Of a stretch of 28,233 nucleotides of DNA, positions 8,793 to 17,475 are shown piece by piece. This DNA comes from a virus (taxonomy: Duplodnaviria > Caudoviricetes). Position 1 is the stretch's first letter. Every line of letters begins with the position of its first letter. A program made the position numbers and the translations under genes. The notes beneath the pieces are model-generated. The model saw only the letters and a list, made by a program, of their open reading frames with translations. It had not been told where the DNA came from and ran no database searches. The DNA lies in the IMG/VR virus record IMGVR_UViG_3300012940_001453, positions 1-28,233 of that record. One strand, written 5' to 3'.

Positions 8793-9233
8793 ATGGCCCT
8801 CACCAAGGACCGCAACACTCTCCGCCGAGAAGGCGAGAACGCTGCCGGCGGGCTCGTCGCCGGCGTCACCGTCTTCGGCGGCGCGATCGTCATGCGCACC
8901 AGCGCCGGGTTTCTCACCAAGGGCCAGACCGCGACAGGTCTCGTCGGCGTCGGGTGTTCGGATGAACACAAGGTCGGCGGCGCCGTCAACGGCGATACGC
9001 GGCTTGAGTACCGGCCGGGGCGGTTCCTCCTCAAGAACTCGACTTCGACCGACGCCATCACCATCGCCGATATCGGCAAGCCTGCCTACGCGGTGGATGA
9101 CGAAACGGTGGCCAAGACCAGCGGCACCAATACCCGCTCCATCGCCGGTTTCGTCGAGGACGTGGACGCCGCCACCGGCGGGGTCTGGGTCCGTTTCGAC
9201 GAGGCGCTGGTCCAGGCCTTCCTCAACACCTGA
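8793..9233 (+). CDS. Putative capsid decoration or cement protein
   Basis: MALTKDRNT...ITIADIGKPAYAVDDETVAKT...GVWV. Lies between I and T, with a strong SD. Confidence 0.7.
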   Translation: MALTKDRNTLRREGENAAGGLVAGVTVFGGAIVMRTSAGFLTKGQTATGLVGVGCSDEHKVGGAVNGDTRLEYRPGRFLLKNSTSTDAITIADIGKPAYAVDDETVAKTSGTNTRSIAGFVEDVDAATGGVWVRFDEALVQAFLNT

Positions 9234-9261
9234 TCCCTTCGCGCTTTAAGGAGCGATTTCC

Positions 9262-10158
9262 ATGAAAGTCGTCAATTCGGACGTGCTGTCGGCGATTAAC
9301 ACCGGGTTCTCCACCGCCTTCCAGAACGGGCTTGCGCAGGCCCCCAGCCAGTGGACGCGCGTGGCGACCCAGGTTCCCTCCGTCAGTCGCGGCAACAACT
9401 ACGCCTGGCTGGGCGACCTGCCGGGCATGAAGAAGTGGATCGGCCCCCGCCAGCTCAGCGCGCTCAAGGTCTACAACTACTACCTGGAGAACGAGGACTG
9501 GGAAGACACGATCGTCGTCAAGCGCAAGGACATCGAGGACGACATGGAGGGCGTCTACGCCCCGCGCTTCTCGGCTATGGGCAAGGCGGTCGGAGCCTCC
9601 AAGGACACGCTGGTCTTCGCCGCGCTCAAGGGCGGGTTCGCCACCGAGTGCTACGACAAGCAGTTCTTCTTCGATACCGATCATCCGGTCCTGGATGCCA
9701 ACGGGCAGGAAATCACGGTCGCCAATACGGACGGTGGTTCGGGGGAATCCTGGTTCCTCATCGACTCCAAGCAGCCGATCAATCCCGTCCTCTTGCAGAT
9801 GCGCAAGGAAGCCCAGTTCGTTGCCCAGGATAATCCCTCGGACCACCGCGTCTTCATGAACGCCGAATTCGCCTACGGCGCCGATGGGCGTTGGACGGTC
9901 GGCTACGGCTTCTGGCAGTGGTGCTGGGGTTCCAAGCAGACCATCGATGCCGCCCACTACAAGACCGCCCGCGCTGCGCTGACCGGCATGAAGGGCGATT
10001 ATGGCCGCCCGATCGGCGTGCAGCCCGACCTCCTGGTCGTCGGCCCCAGCAACGAAGAAGCCGGTCGCAATCTCCTCACCTCCACCACCGGCGCGAACGG
10101 GGCAACCAACCCCTGGAAAGGCACGGCCGAACTGCTCGTCGTGCCCTGGCTCGCCTGA
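9262..10158 (+). CDS. Mu-like major capsid protein gpT
   Basis: YAWLGDLPGMKKWIGPR, CYDKQFFFDTDHPV, GYGFWQ, PDLLVVGP, VVPWL. Confidence 0.95.
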   Translation: MKVVNSDVLSAINTGFSTAFQNGLAQAPSQWTRVATQVPSVSRGNNYAWLGDLPGMKKWIGPRQLSALKVYNYYLENEDWEDTIVVKRKDIEDDMEGVYAPRFSAMGKAVGASKDTLVFAALKGGFATECYDKQFFFDTDHPVLDANGQEITVANTDGGSGESWFLIDSKQPINPVLLQMRKEAQFVAQDNPSDHRVFMNAEFAYGADGRWTVGYGFWQWCWGSKQTIDAAHYKTARAALTGMKGDYGRPIGVQPDLLVVGPSNEEAGRNLLTSTTGANGATNPWKGTAELLVVPWLA

Positions 10159-10163
10159 GTCCC

Positions 10164-10266
10164 ATCGCGGGGGCTCCTCCCATTCCTCCGCGATCCCGCC
10201 GGCCGTTGTCCCTGCGGTCGGCGGGTCTTCCGGGAAGGCTCCAGCCGGAGCCCTGCCGCAAGACCC
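10164..10266 (+). ncRNA. Candidate structured RNA downstream of gpT (three hairpins, CUCCUCCC loop)
   Basis: Stems 10164-10173/10185-10194, 10195-10205/10215-10225 and 10223-10229/10260-10266. Confidence 0.4.
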
Positions 10267-10282
10267 GAAAAGGAAGCGTCTC

Positions 10283-10756
10283 ATGACACAGCAGCTCGAC
10301 GACCTCACCAAGATCAAGGGCATCGGCACGGCAACCGCCGGTCACCTGGTCAAAGCCGGCATTTCCACCTTCGCGCTTTTGGCCGCGTCGTCGGTCGAGG
10401 CGTTGGGCAAGGTCGAGGGGTTGCCAGCAATGAAGGCACCCGAGTGGCCGGCCTGGATCGAGGAGGCGGGCAAGCTTGCCGCGGGCGGCGAGACCGGCAC
10501 CATCAATACCACCCCGAGCGAGAGCCCGAAGGGCGGCGGGGGCGATCCGGCCCCCGCCGCAGGCGCTCGCTACCAGGTGAGCGGACCCAAGGCGGGGCGC
10601 TGGCGCGCCGGCCTTCATTTCACGCCCGAGGCCCGCACCATCGAGGTCATCGGCGAGGGCGAGACGCCGGCGCCCGACGCCGCCATCGTCCAGGTCGACG
10701 AAACCTCCTTCGCGCGCATCAAGGCCGACCCCGCGCTTTCGGTGCGGCCGGCCTGA
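10283..10756 (+). CDS. Helix-hairpin-helix domain fused to Mu gp35/HI1506-like domain
   Basis: DDLTKIKGIGTATAGHLVKAGI (HhH), then GRWRAGLHFT...IKADPALSV. SD AAGGAAG. Confidence 0.75.
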   Translation: MTQQLDDLTKIKGIGTATAGHLVKAGISTFALLAASSVEALGKVEGLPAMKAPEWPAWIEEAGKLAAGGETGTINTTPSESPKGGGGDPAPAAGARYQVSGPKAGRWRAGLHFTPEARTIEVIGEGETPAPDAAIVQVDETSFARIKADPALSVRPA

Positions 10757-10759
10757 CCG

Positions 10760-10915
10760 AATACCCGAGCGCGCCCACCGACAGGCGCGATTTCCAAGGG
10801 CGAGCTGTAGCGGTGGGGCGGCTCGCCTGCCCAATTCCTTCCGTCGACCGAGCCCAAACCACACGGCGGAAGGTCGGCCCCGGCGTCAAAGAGTGACGCG
10901 TTTGCCGCCGGGGCC
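10760..10915 (+). ncRNA. Candidate structured RNA (four hairpins, predicted kissing loop)
   Basis: Four consecutive stems. Loop CACCG (10776-10780) is complementary to loop CGGTG (10811-10815). Confidence 0.45.
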
Positions 10916-10938
10916 AAACCAAATCAGGGACCTGACCG

Positions 10939-11367
10939 ATGGCCTATTGCACCCTTGCCCAGATGGTCGACCGGTTCGGCGAGGCGATGCTGATCGCTGC
11001 CACCGACCGCGGCGTGCTGGCGTCCGGAGAGATCGACCAGGCCGCCGTGGCGCGCGCGATCGCCGACGCCGGCGCGCTCATCGATGGCTATCTGGCCGCG
11101 CGCTACCGGCTGCCCCTCAACGCGGTTCCCGCCCTGGTCGAGAGCCTTGCCCTCGCCGTTGCCGCCTACAAGCTCCATCCGGACGTGAGCAGCGAGAAAA
11201 TCCGCCGCGACTACGAGGACGCGCTAAAGCAGCTCCTCCTGGTCTCGCGGGGCGAAATCCGCCTCGATGTCGCCGGCGTCGAGCCCGAGGGCACCGGCGC
11301 CAACGAGGTCATCACCAACCAGCCCGAACGCCCGCTCTCGGCCGCGACCATGAAGGGCTACATCTGA
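10939..11367 (+). CDS. Mu gp36 / DUF1320 head-tail connector
   Basis: MAYCT...AIADAGALIDGYLAARYRLPL...YEDALKQL. Confidence 0.9.
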   Translation: MAYCTLAQMVDRFGEAMLIAATDRGVLASGEIDQAAVARAIADAGALIDGYLAARYRLPLNAVPALVESLALAVAAYKLHPDVSSEKIRRDYEDALKQLLLVSRGEIRLDVAGVEPEGTGANEVITNQPERPLSAATMKGYI

Positions 11368-11900
11368 TGTCCGGCCTCACGATGGAGCTCAAGGGCGCCG
11401 ACGAAGCCCTGACGGCCCTCGGCCGCATCGTCGACCGGATCGACCATCCGCGCCCGCTCTATGACGAGCTCGGCCGGATGCTGGCCACGTCGACCGGCCA
11501 GCGTTTCGAGGACGAGGAAGACCCGGACGGCAACCCCTGGCCGAAGTCCATCCGCGCGCTCCTCGATGGCGGCAAGACGCTGACCGACAGCACGGCGCTG
11601 CGCGGTTCGATCACCTGGGAGGCCAGCGACACGGACGTGTCGGTCGGCACCAACGTCATTTATGCCGCCATCCACCAATTGGGCGGCATCATCACCGCCA
11701 AGACCTCGGCCGGGCTCCACTTCCAGATCGGGGGCGTCTGGGTCACCAAGGCGTCGGTCACAATGCCCGCGCGGGCGTTCCTCGGCGTCTCGGACGAAGA
11801 CGAGACCGAAATCCTCAACATCGCCGGCGAATGGCTCCTGGAGCCGGTGGGCGGCGCCGACGAGAGCACGCCGGCTTCCTCGGGAGGCGTCAATGCTTGA
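11367..11900 (+). CDS. Virion morphogenesis protein (Mu gpG-like, tail completion)
   Basis: RFEDEEDPDGNPW, LTDSTALRGSI, VGTNVIYAAIHQLGG, MPARAFLGVS. Confidence 0.9.
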   Translation: MSGLTMELKGADEALTALGRIVDRIDHPRPLYDELGRMLATSTGQRFEDEEDPDGNPWPKSIRALLDGGKTLTDSTALRGSITWEASDTDVSVGTNVIYAAIHQLGGIITAKTSAGLHFQIGGVWVTKASVTMPARAFLGVSDEDETEILNIAGEWLLEPVGGADESTPASSGGVNA

Positions 11901-12351
11901 GGCCGCGCTGCGCGAACGTCTCATGGCCAGGGTGCCCCGGCTGGAAAACCGGGTGCATCCGGCGGCCGACCTGACCGAACTTCTCAAACAGGGCGCATTG
12001 CCCCAGGCGCCGGCGTCGGCCTTCGTGGTACCGGCAGGGCTGCGCGCGGGCGGCGGCGAGAGTGGCGCCGGTGCTTTCACCCAGGAAGTGGACGAGGTGG
12101 TGGCGATCGTCCTGCACCTGCGCAGCCCCGGCGACGTGACCGGCGGCCGCCAGCTCCCGGACCTCGACAAGCTCGTCCTCGAAATCGTCGAGGCCGTCGC
12201 CGGCTGGGCCCCCGAGGACGAGGAGGACGTGACCTATCCCGTCATCGGCGTCTTCCGGCTGCTGCGCGGCCAGATCGCGCGCGTCACCGCCGGCGCCATC
12301 TTCTTCCAGCTCGAATTCGCCTGTCCCTGGCAACTGAGGGTCTTTCCATGA
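11893..12351 (+). CDS. Tail terminator-like protein (Mu gp37-like)
   Basis: ATG 11893 after GGAGG. PASAFVVP and EAVAGWAP. Lies before the tube gene. Confidence 0.7.
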   Translation: MLEAALRERLMARVPRLENRVHPAADLTELLKQGALPQAPASAFVVPAGLRAGGGESGAGAFTQEVDEVVAIVLHLRSPGDVTGGRQLPDLDKLVLEIVEAVAGWAPEDEEDVTYPVIGVFRLLRGQIARVTAGAIFFQLEFACPWQLRVFP

Positions 12352-12530
12352 GCCGCCCCAAAAACCCGTCGCAGATCCGCGACGACTTTCCCGCACCCGT
12401 CCTGCCGCCCGCCGGCGGCGTCTATGAGCGCCTGCCGGACGGTTCGGTCCGTCGCATCGAGGGGACCGACAATTTCGGCGAAGTGACGCCGCCCCAAACC
12501 CCTCTCGAAACGCCTTCGAAGGAGGCCTAG
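12348..12530 (+). CDS. Small hypothetical protein
   Basis: ATGA overlap and LPPAGGVYERLPDGS. Supplies the AGGAGG SD for the next gene. Confidence 0.6.
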   Translation: MSRPKNPSQIRDDFPAPVLPPAGGVYERLPDGSVRRIEGTDNFGEVTPPQTPLETPSKEA

Positions 12531-13466
12531 ATGCCCGCGCCGATCAAGTGGAAGTCCAAAATCTTCCTGGCCAAGATCGAGACCACCTATGGCGTCGATG
12601 CTGCCCCGACCGGCTCGGCCAACGCCATCCTGGCCGTGGGCGTTAGCCTGGTGCCGATGGAAGGCGACGACGTCACCCGTGACCTCGAATTTCCCTGGCT
12701 CGCCGCCCAGGCGATGATCCCCACGGGCCTGCGCGTGCGGCTGCGCGGCCGCATCGAGCTGGCGCCCTCGGGTACCGCCGGCACCGCGCCCGCCTGGGGG
12801 CCGATCCTGCGCATCTGCGGGGTCGGCGCCGTGGTCACCGCCGGCACATCCGTGGTCTTCGCGCCGATCAGCGACAACATGGAGTCGGCCACCATCCATT
12901 TCTGGATCGGCGGCACCCGCCACGTGATGAAGGGTTGCCGGGGAACGGGTACGATCCGGGCCAACGCCCAGGGCATCCCGTATTTCGAGTTCGATATCCT
13001 CGGGCTCTTCTCGACGCCCAGCGAGACGGCCCGGCCGACCCCGGACCTCACCGCCTTCAAGAAACCGCGCGTCGTCACCACGGCCAACAACGTCTTCACG
13101 GTCAATGCTGTGGCCCTCGTTATGCGCTCGTTCTCGATGAACCTGGGCAATGCGGTCGAACCGCGCCTGCTGGTGGGCAGCGAGTCCATCATCATCCCCG
13201 ACCGCGCCGAGCTGGTGCAAACCACCGTCGAGGCGACCCCGCTCACGACCTACGACCCCTACACGATCGCCGACCAGCAGACTTCGGTTCCGATCGTGCT
13301 CAAGCACGGGACGGTCGCCGGCAACATCTGGCAGCTCTCGGTCCCGGCCGCCCAGCAGAAGCGCCTCGCCAGCTTCTCGCAGAACCAGAACATCCTCGAA
13401 TGGCCGCTGGAATTCGTCCCCCAGCCCGTCTCGGGCAACGACCAGTGGACCCTCACGCTCACCTGA
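12531..13466 (+). CDS. Tail tube protein
   Basis: LAKIETTYGVDAAP, GTAPAWGPILRICG, GCRGT. Beta-rich 311 aa. No sheath gene nearby. Confidence 0.82.
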   Translation: MPAPIKWKSKIFLAKIETTYGVDAAPTGSANAILAVGVSLVPMEGDDVTRDLEFPWLAAQAMIPTGLRVRLRGRIELAPSGTAGTAPAWGPILRICGVGAVVTAGTSVVFAPISDNMESATIHFWIGGTRHVMKGCRGTGTIRANAQGIPYFEFDILGLFSTPSETARPTPDLTAFKKPRVVTTANNVFTVNAVALVMRSFSMNLGNAVEPRLLVGSESIIIPDRAELVQTTVEATPLTTYDPYTIADQQTSVPIVLKHGTVAGNIWQLSVPAAQQKRLASFSQNQNILEWPLEFVPQPVSGNDQWTLTLT

Positions 13467-13486
13467 CAAACCGGAGCCAACGCGTC

Positions 13487-13810
13487 ATGGCCTACAACAT
13501 CGACAAGACCCCGACCTTCACCGTTCCGGTGGAAGTCACCGACCCGGACGGGGAGACCGCCGACTTCCAGGCGACGTTCGTGGCTCTCGATATCCCGACC
13601 TTCGAAAAGTTCGACCTGGAACAGCCCGCCCAGTGCCTGGCCTTCCTCAAGAGGGCCACGCTCGGGGTGAGCGATGTCGTGGACGCGAACGGCAACGAGA
13701 TCGCCGATAGCGACGCGCTGCGCGACCGCCTTTTCGGCATGCCCTATATCCGGGTGGCGGCAGTCCGGGCGTACCTGGAAGGCATCACCAAGGCATCCCG
13801 GGGAAACTGA
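13487..13810 (+). CDS. Tail assembly chaperone (lambda G analogue)
   Basis: GGAG SD then ATG 13487. Ends ...SRGN with a slippery heptamer. Confidence 0.78.
   Translation: MAYNIDKTPTFTVPVEVTDPDGETADFQATFVALDIPTFEKFDLEQPAQCLAFLKRATLGVSDVVDANGNEIADSDALRDRLFGMPYIRVAAVRAYLEGITKASRGN
13801..13807 (+). other. Programmed -1 ribosomal frameshift site G GGA AAC
   Basis: X XXY YYZ heptamer immediately before the stop. The -1 frame continues into 13810..14205. Confidence 0.75.
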
Positions 13811-14205
13811 TGGCGGCGGCGCGCGCCTGGGCGGCCGGCACGCTCGCCGCCGATCGGCAGAAAGAACCCGAAGCGCTGGCCGACGCCCGCCGCTGGGGCT
13901 TCGACGAGGAGGCCATTGCCGGTCTCCTCGAGGAGCTGGGCGTCGCGGCGGTGGACTTCGCCGTCTGGGCCGTCAACGTCCCGGCCGTCAACGCCTTCCT
14001 CGCCGTCGCCAGCCAGTGGCGCACGGCGCTTGAACCCGTCGAAGGCGGCTTCCGGACGTACTGGGTCGGGCTCGACTATGCCGGCGCCGGCGTGGCCCTG
14101 GACAAGCTGGAGATAGCCGTCACGCCGCGCATCTGGGCCGACCTTTCCGTAATGGAGCTCGCCGCGCGCGCCGCGCTCAACGGGGAGACCGACGCATGGC
14201 TTTGA
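13810..14205 (+). CDS. DUF1799-like tail chaperone extension (lambda T analogue)
   Basis: VWAVN...FLAVASQWR...GLDYAG...LSVMELAA. Confidence 0.82.
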   Translation: MAAARAWAAGTLAADRQKEPEALADARRWGFDEEAIAGLLEELGVAAVDFAVWAVNVPAVNAFLAVASQWRTALEPVEGGFRTYWVGLDYAGAGVALDKLEIAVTPRIWADLSVMELAARAALNGETDAWL

Positions 14206-15959
14206 GGCTCGCGCTCGTCATCGATGGCAACCAGGACGGGGCCAAGAAGGTCCTGGAGGATACCGCCGGCGGCATCGAGAAGGTCAAGGACGCCGCGACC
14301 AGGGCGAGCGAGCCGCTTGGCAGCATGTCGGAGGGTATCGGTCAGATCAGCCGCAATGCCGAGGATGCCGGCTCGAAGGTCGGCGGCATAGGGGAAAGCG
14401 CGTCGGTATCCGGCGGCAAGTTCGACTCTTTGAAGACGCTGGCGCTGGGCGCCATCGGCGGCATCGCGGGCGGCTTCGTGACCGCGGGCCTGACGGTGGT
14501 TATGGGCGCGATCGGCGAAGCGGCCGTCGCGATGGCATCCAGCATCGTCTCGTCCGGACAGGACATCGAGGCGGCCTTGAGAAATCAGGCCGACCTCATC
14601 CGCGACGTGAAGGCGGCCTATGCCGAGGCCAACGGCGCGGCGTCGAGCTATGGCAACAATTCCCGCCAGTATTTGGCCTTCCAGGCCCAGCAGACGCTCG
14701 GCAAGCTCCGCGACGCCGACCAGCGAACCCAGTCGGAAGTCCTTTCGGGCGACCTGTTCGACCAGCTCGGCTTCATGGTCAATCCGTTCTCCCGGGGTTC
14801 GGGCATCGGTATCGATCAGGGATCGGCGATCTACGGCACCGCCTTCGAGGCCCCGGTGCGCGCCTTCCGCGAGGAGCTGCGCGACGGCACGGCCGACGCC
14901 ATCAAGTTCAAGAACGAAATCGCCGCGATCGGTGCCGCCTTGCCGGCCAGCGACGAGACGGGCCGTGCCATTGCCGAAAAGCTCCTGGCGGACGTTGATG
15001 CCCTGGCCAAGGTCCAGGAAGAGCTCAAACGCACCAGCGACGTCTACGAAGGCCTCAAGGGGGACGCGGAGGCCTCGGTAACCGCGCTCGGCGGCACGGT
15101 GGACAAGTACAAGGCCATTGGCGACCAGCTCGCCATTGTCCTGCCGATGGCGCGCGAGTTCACCAACCTCAACCTCGGCGGCGGGGTGGGCGTCATCAGC
15201 GTTCCCGGCCCGGGCGCCGGCGGCACGGGCGGCGGTGGCGGCTTCGCGGCCGGCGGCTACACCGGCGACATGGATGCCGGCGCCGTTGCCGGCGTTGTCC
15301 ACGGCCGGGAGTTCGTCGTCAACGCCGTGGCCACCGAACGCAACCGGCCGCTGCTGGAAGCCATCAACCGCGGCATGCCCGGTTTCGCCTCGGGCGGCTT
15401 CGGCGGCGGCACGCCGTATTCGACCGCCGGCGGCGGCTTCGGCCAGGTCAATGAGCTGCTGGGGAGCCTGGGAACGCTCAAGGGCGCGATCACCGAGGCG
15501 GCCAACATGTTCTTGCAACTCAAGAGCCCGCTGGAGGTCTTCGGCGGCGTGCTCTCGTCCGTGAGCCAGCGCTTTCTCGGCAAGGCCCTGGGCGCCGTCG
15601 AGGACGCGATTTTCGGCGGCAGCTCGGGCGGCGGCCTGCTGGGCGGCCTCTTCGGCGGCGTCAGCGCCGGAGTCATGCATACCGGCGGCGAGGTCGGCGG
15701 CGCCGCGATCATGCGCCAGGTGCCGACGGCGGCGTTCCTCAACGCCCCGCGCTTCCACAACGGCCTCTTCGCCGAGGACGAGTTTCCGGCGGTCCTGCAG
15801 CGCGGCGAGCGGGTCATTCCGCGCGGCGCGAGCCTGGGCGGCCAGACGATCAACAACTTCTATGTGTCCACGCCCAGCCCGCGGAGCTTCGCGCAGTCGC
15901 CCTCGACCGCCGCCCGCGGCGCGGCCCGGCTGGCGCGCAGCACCGGGAGGCATAGCTGA
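14196..15959 (+). CDS. Tail tape measure protein
   Basis: Ala/Gly-rich helical 587 aa after the chaperones. C-terminal FAAGGYTG...VVHGREFV and HTGG...PAVLQRGERV motifs. Confidence 0.85.
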   Translation: MALRLALVIDGNQDGAKKVLEDTAGGIEKVKDAATRASEPLGSMSEGIGQISRNAEDAGSKVGGIGESASVSGGKFDSLKTLALGAIGGIAGGFVTAGLTVVMGAIGEAAVAMASSIVSSGQDIEAALRNQADLIRDVKAAYAEANGAASSYGNNSRQYLAFQAQQTLGKLRDADQRTQSEVLSGDLFDQLGFMVNPFSRGSGIGIDQGSAIYGTAFEAPVRAFREELRDGTADAIKFKNEIAAIGAALPASDETGRAIAEKLLADVDALAKVQEELKRTSDVYEGLKGDAEASVTALGGTVDKYKAIGDQLAIVLPMAREFTNLNLGGGVGVISVPGPGAGGTGGGGGFAAGGYTGDMDAGAVAGVVHGREFVVNAVATERNRPLLEAINRGMPGFASGGFGGGTPYSTAGGGFGQVNELLGSLGTLKGAITEAANMFLQLKSPLEVFGGVLSSVSQRFLGKALGAVEDAIFGGSSGGGLLGGLFGGVSAGVMHTGGEVGGAAIMRQVPTAAFLNAPRFHNGLFAEDEFPAVLQRGERVIPRGASLGGQTINNFYVSTPSPRSFAQSPSTAARGAARLARSTGRHS

Positions 15960-16588
15960 TGGCCCAGCCGTTCTTTGATGACGTGGTGTTTCCGCTGCAC
16001 GTCTCGCGCGGTTCTTTCGGCGGCCCGGACTGGCCGGCCGAGATCGTCGAGCTATCGTCCGGCGCCGAGGAGCGCAACACCACAATCGCCCAGCCGCTGC
16101 GCCGCTACGAGGCCAAATACGGGGTGCGGTTCAAGCACGAAATCCACGAAATCCTCTCGCTCTACTACGCCTGCAGGGGACGGCTGACCGGCTTCCGCAT
16201 GCGCGACTGGAGCGATTATCGCTCCGGTCCTTCCAACCAGGTGCCGACCGCCAACGACCAGGCGCTGGGGACCGGCGACGGCGTCCAGGTGACGTTCCAG
16301 CTCTCCAAGCGCTACGCCTTTGCCGGGCACGTCTTCGACCGGCCTATCCGCAAGCCGGACGCCTCGACCATCCTCGTGGCGATCGACGGCATTTCGACCA
16401 ATGCCTGGACGCTCGACGCCGCCACCGGCCTCGTGACCTTCGACACGGCGCCGCTCGGGGGCGAGGCGGTCACCTGGGGCGGCGAGTTCCACGTGCCCGT
16501 GCGCTTCGATTGCGCGCTGGACCAGACCGTCACCGAAGGCCTCATCGAGCACATTCCCTCCATCGCCTTGAAGGAGCTGCCCCGATGA
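15959..16588 (+). CDS. DUF2460 distal tail protein (RcGTA g12-like)
   Basis: FDDVVFP, SGAEERN, GFRMRDWSDY, LGTGDG...FQLSKRY, FHVPVRFD. Confidence 0.9.
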   Translation: MAQPFFDDVVFPLHVSRGSFGGPDWPAEIVELSSGAEERNTTIAQPLRRYEAKYGVRFKHEIHEILSLYYACRGRLTGFRMRDWSDYRSGPSNQVPTANDQALGTGDGVQVTFQLSKRYAFAGHVFDRPIRKPDASTILVAIDGISTNAWTLDAATGLVTFDTAPLGGEAVTWGGEFHVPVRFDCALDQTVTEGLIEHIPSIALKELPR

Positions 16589-17475
16589 AGACGGTTCCGG
16601 CCGGACTTGCCGCCATGCTCGCCTCCGGGGTGACCACGCTTTGCCGCTGCTGGCGGGTCGAGCGCCAGAACGGGGCAGTCTTCGGCTTCACCAACCATGA
16701 CCAGCCCTTGACCTTCGGCGGGCTTTCCTACGAGCCCGAAAGCGGCTTCACCGCGGCCGAGAGCGAAACCCGCCTCGGCCTGGCCGTCGATACGCAGGAA
16801 GCCACCGGCGTCTTGAGCTCGGCCGCCATCACCGAGGACGATATCGCCCTCGGCCTTTGGGATGCCGCCAAGGTCACGGTCTATCTCGTCGACTGGACGG
16901 ACGTGGCCAACCGCGCCATCGAGCGGTCCGGGATCCTGGGCGAGCTCGGCCGCGGTCCGCTCGGCTTCGTCACCGAAGTGCGCGGGCTCGCCCATCACCT
17001 CAACCAGGAGACCGGCCGCACCTATCAGCGCCAGTGCGACGCCATCGTGGGCGATGGTCGTTGCGGGGTGAACCTCAACGCGCCCGCCTTCAAGGGCACC
17101 GGCGCCGTGATCGAAAGCGCCGGCTCGCGCTTCATCGCCGCGTCCGGCCTCGGGGGATTCGCCGCCGGCTGGTTCTCGCGCGGCGTCCTCGCCTGGGCGA
17201 GCGGGGCCAATGCGGGCGTCCGCGCCGAGGTCGATCGTCACATGCTGGCCGGCGGCGTCGCCAAGCTCACGCTCTGGCAGTCGGCCGGCGCGCCGGTCGC
17301 GGTCGGGGACACCTTCACCATCACCGCCGGGTGCGAAAACACCTGGACCATGTGCCGCGCCAAGTTTGCCAACGGCCTCAATTTCCGGGGCTTCCCTCAC
17401 ATCCCGGGCAACGACTTCGTGCTGTCGGTCAGCAAGAAGGATGCCCAGAACGACGGCGGGAGTTTCTTCAATTGA
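16585..17475 (+). CDS. DUF2163 baseplate hub (RcGTA g13-like)
   Basis: TTLCRCWRVER, GFTNHD, CDAIVGDGRCGV, AGCENTWTMCRAKFANGLNFRGFPHIPGND. Confidence 0.92.
   Translation: MKTVPAGLAAMLASGVTTLCRCWRVERQNGAVFGFTNHDQPLTFGGLSYEPESGFTAAESETRLGLAVDTQEATGVLSSAAITEDDIALGLWDAAKVTVYLVDWTDVANRAIERSGILGELGRGPLGFVTEVRGLAHHLNQETGRTYQRQCDAIVGDGRCGVNLNAPAFKGTGAVIESAGSRFIAASGLGGFAAGWFSRGVLAWASGANAGVRAEVDRHMLAGGVAKLTLWQSAGAPVAVGDTFTITAGCENTWTMCRAKFANGLNFRGFPHIPGNDFVLSVSKKDAQNDGGSFFN

Noticed and set aside
14076-16085. 669-aa minus-strand ORF, and similar ORFs at 7557-8969, 12234-13469 and 23293-24789
   Set aside because: Mirror frames of well-supported + strand genes.
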